Assembly (NCBI GenBank): GCA_963665615.2 | Contig: CAXXQE010000006.1 | Location: forward strand, 124,001 to 188,000 | DNA: 64,000 nucleotides | Direction: 5' to 3' | From: Syntrophales bacterium | GTDB lineage: Bacteria; Desulfobacterota; Syntrophia; Syntrophales; UBA4778 | Shown here: piece after piece, positions 58,109-64,000 of the stretch | Layout of the letters: every line of letters begins with the position of its first letter | Position numbering within the stretch: position 1 is the stretch's first letter | The notes under the pieces: model-generated | The model's database searches: none | The model's input: only the letters and a program-made list of their open reading frames with translations | What the model was told of the DNA's origin: nothing | Position numbers and translations under genes: made by a program

Positions 58109-59610
58109 TGACTGAACAAACCGTCCTGACCATTTACAACGGCCACCCCGTCGACCGGAAGGAGATCCCGGTTTTGACGGCACTGCATTTCCGGGAAACG
58201 ATCCTGAAGAAAACAGAGGCGGGCCTCCGCATCGTCTCCCTCTTCGCCATACCCCATGGGGACGCCCCCGACCATCGGCTGATCGCTGTGCTGGCGGATG
58301 ACCCGCGCGGTATGCTTCTCACCCTTTCGACCGATGTCGAGAAGGCCTATCCGGCACTAACGCCGGACTGTACACAAGCTCACCTCTTTGAACGGGAGAT
58401 TTACGAGACGCACGGCATCATGCCAGACGGACATCCATGGCTCAAACCGGTACGCTTCTCACCGTCGCACCGTGCCGAAGGCAGCCAACCGACCATTGGC
58501 GTAATGGATTTTTTTACCGTTGGAGGAAACGACATCCACGAAGTCGCTGTGGGACCGGTACATGCGGGGATCATCGAACCCGGCCATTTCCGTTTCCAGT
58601 GTTACGGCGAACAGGTGCTGCACCTGGAGATCTCTCTCGGTTATCAGCATCGAGGCGTGGAGGCCGCTATTGTCAAGGCCGCACCTCATCGGCGGATCCA
58701 CTATGTGGAAACCCTGGCGGGCGATTCGACTGTCGCCCACACGACCGCTTACTGCCAGGCGTTGGAGGCCCTTGCCGGATGCCCCGTACCGGGACGCGCG
58801 CAGGTTTTCCGAGGAATCGCCCTCGAACTGGAGCGACTCGCTAATCACGCCGGAGACCTGGGCGCTCTGGCCGGCGACGTGGGCTATCTACCCACGGCCT
58901 CCTACTGCGGACGGATTCGCGGGGATTTCCTCAACATGACCGCCCTCCTTTGCGGCAATCGTTTTGGCCGCGGCCTCGTCCGCCCCGGCGGTTTAGGTTT
59001 CGATCTCGATGCCGATCATGTTCGCGACCTGGCCTCGCGCTGCACGAAAGGAATCAAGGACGCAACAAGCGCCATCGAATTACTCTGGGCGGAACCCTCT
59101 GTCCTGAACCGCTTTGAAGAGACGGGCGTCCTCACACCGGAGACCTGCCTCGACCTCGGTCTCGTCGGACCGCCTGCCAGAGCCTGCGGGATCGTCCGGG
59201 ATGTCCGCTTCGATCACTGTAGCGGCATCTATAACTTTGCTCAGATCCCGGTCGCCACCTGGCACACCGGCGATGTCTTCAGCCGATCCTATGTCCGCTG
59301 GCTGGAAATTCAGCGATCAAGCGAGTTCATCTTGGGGCAACTGGAGGGGCTCTCAGGAGACACCGTCATGCAGCAGCCGGGACCGCTCGCCCCCGATCAG
59401 GTTGTCGTCACTCTGGCCGAGGGCTGGCGCGGCGAGGTCTGCCACGTGGCCTTCACAGACAACCAGGGAAAGCTGGCGCACTACAAGATCACCGACCCCT
59501 CCTTCCACAACTGGTCAGGACTGGCGATGGCCTTGCGGAATCAACAGGTTTCTGATTTTCCGCTCTGCAATAAGAGCTTTAATCTTTCATACTGCGGTTT
59601 TGATCTGTAG
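58108..59610 (+). CDS. EhrL: HycE/NuoCD-like large subunit lacking NiFe ligands
   Basis: VGPVHAGIIEPGHFRF; ETLAGD in place of RxCxxC; C-terminal DFPLCNKSFNLSYCGFDL in place of DPCxxC. Confidence 0.9.
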   Translation: MTEQTVLTIYNGHPVDRKEIPVLTALHFRETILKKTEAGLRIVSLFAIPHGDAPDHRLIAVLADDPRGMLLTLSTDVEKAYPALTPDCTQAHLFEREIYETHGIMPDGHPWLKPVRFSPSHRAEGSQPTIGVMDFFTVGGNDIHEVAVGPVHAGIIEPGHFRFQCYGEQVLHLEISLGYQHRGVEAAIVKAAPHRRIHYVETLAGDSTVAHTTAYCQALEALAGCPVPGRAQVFRGIALELERLANHAGDLGALAGDVGYLPTASYCGRIRGDFLNMTALLCGNRFGRGLVRPGGLGFDLDADHVRDLASRCTKGIKDATSAIELLWAEPSVLNRFEETGVLTPETCLDLGLVGPPARACGIVRDVRFDHCSGIYNFAQIPVATWHTGDVFSRSYVRWLEIQRSSEFILGQLEGLSGDTVMQQPGPLAPDQVVVTLAEGWRGEVCHVAFTDNQGKLAHYKITDPSFHNWSGLAMALRNQQVSDFPLCNKSFNLSYCGFDL

Positions 59611-59737
59611 GCAGGCTCTCTGATAAGGTTTATATGCTGCGTTGCGCTTCGGTCCTCGCATGCTCACATACGCAAAAGTATGCTCCACTGCTCGGCCCTT
59701 GCGACGCCTTGCCTCTAAACCTTCTTAGAGAGCCTGC
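59611..59737. mobile_element. 127-bp MITE-like element
   Basis: Terminal inverted repeats GCAGGCTCTCTGATAAGGTTTA / GCAGGCTCTCTAAGAAGGTTTA (20/22); non-coding. Confidence 0.7.
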
Positions 59738-59808
59738 ACGAAGAGGGCTTCCGTTTTTTGCGGAGAGAAGGATTAAGAAATTCTTCACACCCATAATAGA
59801 GGTTACTG

Positions 59809-60573
59809 ATGTTAAAGGTCATTAAGACACGTTTTCAACAGGGACATCGGACAGTCAAATACCCGAAGGGGGAGCCCGTGTTGCCGGAGCGTTACCGTGG
59901 CCAACCGGTCTTCCGCCACGATCAACCCTGCCCTGAAAGCTGCGGGCTATGCGAAGGCCTCTGCCCCACCGGGGCGATTTCCTATCGGGAGGGGTGCCTG
60001 TCAATTGACACGGGAAAATGCCTCTTCTGCGGCGCCTGCTCGGAAACTTGTACCCAGGGACGCATTGCCTTCTCCCCCGAGCATCGGCTCGCCGCGCGAA
60101 CCCGGCAGGATCTCGTCCGCTTTACCAATGAACTAAAGCTGGCCGAGGCGCTGGACGCCAAGAGTTGCAAAATCTTCGGCCGATCGCTCGCGCTGCGCCA
60201 GGTCAGCGCCGGCGGGTGCAACGCCTGCGAGGCGGACACCAACGTGCTGACTACTGTTGTCTTTGACCTGAGCCGTTTCGGCATCCATTTCACGGCCTCG
60301 CCGCGTCATGCCGACGGTCTCCTCGTCACCGGACCGGTGACCCGCAATATGCACCTGGCCCTGATCAAAACCTGGGAGGCGGTCCCCGCACCGAAATTCG
60401 TCATTGCAGTCGGCGCCTGCGCCATCTCCGGCGGCCCCTATATCGGTCACTCAGAAACCTATAACGGCGTCGATTCGATCCTGCCGGTGGACCTCTATGT
60501 CCCGGGCTGCCCTCCCCATCCCTTGAGCATTCTCGACGGCCTCTTACGCCTGCTGGATCGGATTGACGGCTGA
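59809..60573 (+). CDS. EhrS: ferredoxin (NuoI-like) fused to NuoB-like small subunit
   Basis: Two CxxCxxCxxxC motifs; GGCNACE, SPRHAD, GACA, PGCPP. Confidence 0.92.
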   Translation: MLKVIKTRFQQGHRTVKYPKGEPVLPERYRGQPVFRHDQPCPESCGLCEGLCPTGAISYREGCLSIDTGKCLFCGACSETCTQGRIAFSPEHRLAARTRQDLVRFTNELKLAEALDAKSCKIFGRSLALRQVSAGGCNACEADTNVLTTVVFDLSRFGIHFTASPRHADGLLVTGPVTRNMHLALIKTWEAVPAPKFVIAVGACAISGGPYIGHSETYNGVDSILPVDLYVPGCPPHPLSILDGLLRLLDRIDG

Positions 60574-60650
60574 CCGGCGGCGAACGCCGCAGTCACGAGC
60601 GACGGGTAACGGGTAACAGGCTTGTGAAAAGCCAAAGTCAGTTCATCGTT

Positions 60651-60855
60651 GCCATGCCCCGGGAAAGCGGGCACGCTGGTCTTTCAAGATATCCTGGTTC
60701 CCCGCTTTCGAGACTGTGTCGCAATTAGCATTTGTCATCACGAGCCGCCTCTAAGGCGGCGTGGTGATCTCGTGTTTTCAGTTGGTCATGAGATTGCCGC
60801 GTCGCGATCGCTCCTCGCAATGACAATTACGACACAGCCTCTTCGCGAGGATGAC
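60651..60855. repeat. nested palindromic repeats/MITE
   Basis: An outer palindromic repeat is split by a 132-bp TIR element flanked by TTC duplicates, which itself contains another palindromic repeat. Confidence 0.7.
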
Positions 60856-60996
60856 ATGAAACATCAGTCCTTAAATGCTTGTTACCTGTTACTTCTAACC
60901 TGTGACCGGTTGTTTCCTTTTTGCCTGTCACCTGTCACTCTTTGCCCTTCTGCAAAAAACATTGGAGAAAACACGCAGGCATGGTAGACAGAGATT

Positions 60997-61614
60997 ATGT
61001 TACACGTTGGCATGACAGGTGGTATCGCCTCAGGAAAATCGACAGTCGGCGAACTGTTGCGCGCTAAGGGCGCGATCGTCATCGATCATGATCTCCTGAC
61101 CCGCCGCGTCCAGGAACCTAATCAGGAGGCCTGGCAAAAAATCGTCGAGCACTTCGGAACCGATATCCTTAACGCCGACCGCCAAATCAATCGAGAAAAG
61201 CTTGGACGAATCGTCTTTTCCGATCAGCAGGAACGCGAACGCCTCAACGGCATCGTCCACCCCGCCGTCTTCAAGCTATGGCAGGATCAACTGGCGGACA
61301 TCCGACAAAAGCAGCCGAACGCCATTGTCATTTCAGACATTCCCCTCCTCATCGAAACGGAGAGCACGAATCTGGTTGATCTGGTCATTCTGGTCTTTGT
61401 TTCCCCGGAAATTCAACTCCGACGGCTCATGGAGCGTAACGGTCTAACCCTGGAGGATGCCCAAAAGCGTATAGCCTCTCAAATGCCGATCACCCATAAA
61501 CAGGCTTATGCCGATTTCATTATCGACAACAGTGGCTCGGAAGAGAATACATGCAAAGCGGTCGATGCACTCTGGGGAGAGCTGCTAAAACTGGAACGCC
61601 ATCAACAGACCTAG
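60997..61614 (+). CDS. coaE: dephospho-CoA kinase
   Basis: GMTGGIASGKS, LNGIVHP, DIPLLIE, RIASQMP. Confidence 0.95.
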   Translation: MLHVGMTGGIASGKSTVGELLRAKGAIVIDHDLLTRRVQEPNQEAWQKIVEHFGTDILNADRQINREKLGRIVFSDQQERERLNGIVHPAVFKLWQDQLADIRQKQPNAIVISDIPLLIETESTNLVDLVILVFVSPEIQLRRLMERNGLTLEDAQKRIASQMPITHKQAYADFIIDNSGSEENTCKAVDALWGELLKLERHQQT

Positions 61615-62069
61615 CAGATGTCCGCCTTGCGGGGCTGCACTAGTCGTTCGAAGTCTTCATAAGCGAGTCGGATCAATTCGGTGTGGCTACCGGCATTGAA
61701 GGCAATCTCCTTGTCCATGGCCAGCTGTCTGTCGACAATGACCTCCATCCCGAAGAGATTGCCGAACGGCGGCATGGCACCCAGTTCGCAGCCGGGAAAC
61801 TTATCCCTGAATTCCTGTTCAGTCGCCAGAGCAACACGACGGGAGGACATCGCGCGCCTCAGATAGTCGAGATCAACCTTGCAGGTTGCAGGAACCACAG
61901 CCATCGTCATTTGACCGTCGGCAAACACGATCACGGTCTTGGCCAACTCCTTCCCGCGGACGTGTGCCGACTCGGCAACCTCCTGTGCAGTAAAGGCTGC
62001 GGAGTGTGCAATGGTGACATAGCGGATATGCTTTTCATCGAGAAATTTTTTCAGCGTGTTGGCCGGCAT
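61611..62069 (-). CDS. YbaK/ProX family aminoacyl-tRNA deacylase-like protein
   Basis: LAKTVIV, CELGAMPPFG, FNAGSH; start at MPAN (GGAGG RBS). Confidence 0.88.
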   Translation of the reverse strand: MPANTLKKFLDEKHIRYVTIAHSAAFTAQEVAESAHVRGKELAKTVIVFADGQMTMAVVPATCKVDLDYLRRAMSSRRVALATEQEFRDKFPGCELGAMPPFGNLFGMEVIVDRQLAMDKEIAFNAGSHTELIRLAYEDFERLVQPRKADIC

Positions 62070-62428
62070 GTTCTCATCCTCCTTTTCATGACATTGAGGG
62101 GTCTTAAATAAAAGCCCCATTTAGATTTGCGTTGACAACGAGCAGCAGGAATCAGAACATGGCTTAGTCGATCACAATACCGGACGAAAAAGGAGATAAG
62201 GAAAAGATGCGTTAGTTGTTACTTTACGCCAGTGTACTGCTTTTTGCAAATCCTTGTGCCCATGACGCTCGGGCGATAAACTTTTCTGGCCATTTATATG
62301 CTTCCGTCTCGCTTCTTTCTCGAATTGACGAACCCCTTCCGTCTTGTTACTATCCTGACCGCTGTACCATTCAGTCTACCTCGGGGGGCTGTGAGGACAG
62401 TTCCATTTCTGTGCCATGAGGTCTCAAT

Positions 62429-63637
62429 ATGCTGTATAGAACGGTACCCAAGAACGGCGACAAGCTCTCTATCCTAGCCTTCGGGGCAATGCGCCTCGCC
62501 ATGAAAGGCTCAGTGATCAATGAGGCCAGGGCGACGGAACAGTTACATCACGCGATTAGGAGAGGTGTGAACTTTGTCGATACGGCCTGGCCCTATCATA
62601 TGGGGAAAAGCGAACCATTTCTGGGGCGCGCCTTATCGGGCGGATACCGCGAAAAAATAAAACTTTCGACAAAATTGCCGTCCTGGCTCGTCCACTCCCA
62701 TGAGGAGATGGACCGCTATCTCGATGCGCAGCTCCAAAGGCTCAACACCGACCACATCGATTACTATCTTCTCCATTCCTTAAACGGCAATCTCTGGGAT
62801 CAACTCTTGCAGCTCAATGTTATCGATTTTCTCGATCGCGCAAAAAAAAGCGGACGGGTCATCAATGTCGGGTTCTCGTTTCACGGCAATCTTAACGATT
62901 TTAAGCGGATTATCGATGGCTACCCTTGGGAACTATGCCTCATGCAATACAATTATCTTGATGAGGACCATCAGGCAGGAACCAGCGGGCTTAAATACGC
63001 GGCGTCCAAGGATCTGGGGGTTATTGTCATGGAACCGTTGCGGGGAGGAAACCTCGGCAGGCCGGAACCACCGCCCGCGGTCGCCGCTTTGTGGAGAGAA
63101 GCCGAAACCCCAAGATCGCCGGCGGAGTGGGCCCTGCGCTGGGTGTGGAATCATCCGGAGGTAACGTCGGTTCTATCGGGAATGAACGAAGAGGCGCATA
63201 TAGAAGAGAATCTCGCGATTGCCGATGAAGGCCATCCAAATTCGCTTACCGCCGGGGAGTCGCAACTGATCAAACGTGTTGCCAAAACTTATCGAAACAT
63301 CATGAAGATCGGATGCACCGGCTGCGGTTATTGCCTGCCCTGTTCTGCCGGGGTTATGATTCCAGATTGTTTTGACATCTACAATACGCGCCACATGTTC
63401 GGCAGCGAAAAGGAAGCGCGCGTCATTTATGCCGCCCGAGCGGGCGGCATCTTAACCGGATCGCGGGGATACGCTTCTCAGTGCGTGCAATGCGGCGAAT
63501 GTGCGGCGCACTGCCCCCAGAATCTCGATATTCAGAAGTTGCTTGAAAACGTTGTAAAGGAATTCGAAAGCGGGGATACAAGCAACTTTGAGGAAATAGC
63601 CAGGAAAATCTTTGTCCCGGAGACGCCGAACTTATAG
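62429..63637 (+). CDS. aldo/keto reductase with C-terminal 4Fe-4S domain
   Basis: FGAMRL, DTAWPYH, TKLP, MEPLRGG, CTGCGYC, CVQCGECAAHCPQ. Confidence 0.92.
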   Translation: MLYRTVPKNGDKLSILAFGAMRLAMKGSVINEARATEQLHHAIRRGVNFVDTAWPYHMGKSEPFLGRALSGGYREKIKLSTKLPSWLVHSHEEMDRYLDAQLQRLNTDHIDYYLLHSLNGNLWDQLLQLNVIDFLDRAKKSGRVINVGFSFHGNLNDFKRIIDGYPWELCLMQYNYLDEDHQAGTSGLKYAASKDLGVIVMEPLRGGNLGRPEPPPAVAALWREAETPRSPAEWALRWVWNHPEVTSVLSGMNEEAHIEENLAIADEGHPNSLTAGESQLIKRVAKTYRNIMKIGCTGCGYCLPCSAGVMIPDCFDIYNTRHMFGSEKEARVIYAARAGGILTGSRGYASQCVQCGECAAHCPQNLDIQKLLENVVKEFESGDTSNFEEIARKIFVPETPNL

Positions 63638-63757
63638 TGTAGACCAGGTTCCGTGATTGATGCGGCCTGCCCGACAACTCCTCGCGAGTTGCCGTAGCCG
63701 TTGCACACGTCGTTTCGCGACGTCCCGGACTTTGGATTGGAAAGTTGCCTGTTTCAA

Positions 63758-64000
63758 TCAGAGATATGGAAAAATCCGGTTGATAATCAACCTGAAATTG
63801 TTGCTAACTTTATCGTCTCCGGCCACAATTCCCATGTGACCCGGCAGAAGCAGATCCACATCGAGCGCGGCCAGCCTCCGGATGCTCTCCTTCAACAGCG
63901 CACTGTCCCCGCCCGGAAAGTCCGTTCTGCCCACATTCTGATCGAAGACGACATCCCCGGAAATAAGAACCCTGCGCTCCGGCCAGTAAAGACCGATAGA
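63758..64000 (-). CDS. MBL-fold hydrolase (glyoxalase II-like), C-terminal part
   Basis: Not in the ORF track; hand translation SIGLYW...ISGDVVF...GRTDFPGG...LLPGHMG, stop at 63758. Confidence 0.85.
   Translation of the reverse strand, partial: SIGLYWPERRVLISGDVVFDQNVGRTDFPGGDSALLKESIRRLAALDVDLLLPGHMGIVAGDDKVSNNFRLIINRIFPYL

Noticed and set aside
58108..59610. NiFe hydrogenase-4 / formate hydrogenlyase call
   Set aside because: Both Ni-binding CxxC motifs are missing and no maturation genes are present

Overview
The window looks like DNA from an anaerobic deltaproteobacterium (Syntrophales/Desulfobacterota-like; inferred from gene content only) and has two halves. Positions 1-33.8 kb are an accessory catabolic region, entirely on the minus strand, downstream of tRNA-Pro(GGG) and a zone of IS relics. 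It encodes beta-oxidation enzymes, an Ltp3/Ltp4-like thiolase-fold pair with two DUF35 proteins, a class III CoA transferase, a MalT-type LuxR regulator, a DUF1302-DUF1329-YCF48-MMPL/RND envelope transport set, a second DUF1302 paralog missing from the ORF track, an aryl/allylic alcohol dehydrogenase, FadH-like and other flavoenzymes, and Fe-S proteins. Positions 35.4-64 kb hold housekeeping genes (rsmA, tsaD, purB, coaE), an isovalerate/leucine-type (liu-like) cluster with no biotin carboxylase, meaB, and an Ehr (hydrogenase-related, Ni-free) membrane complex headed by an HTH-PTS EIIA fusion. The strongest non-coding signals are: two near-identical sigma54 promoters 29 kb apart, each with a palindromic site exactly 74 bp upstream; two copies of a candidate MalT/LAL operator; a sigma54-promoter-to-terminator unit of about 100 nt that looks like an sRNA; three copies of a ~120 bp IS200/IS605-like miniature element; and a triple-nested repeat. 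All functional calls come from motif recognition by eye; no searches were run.
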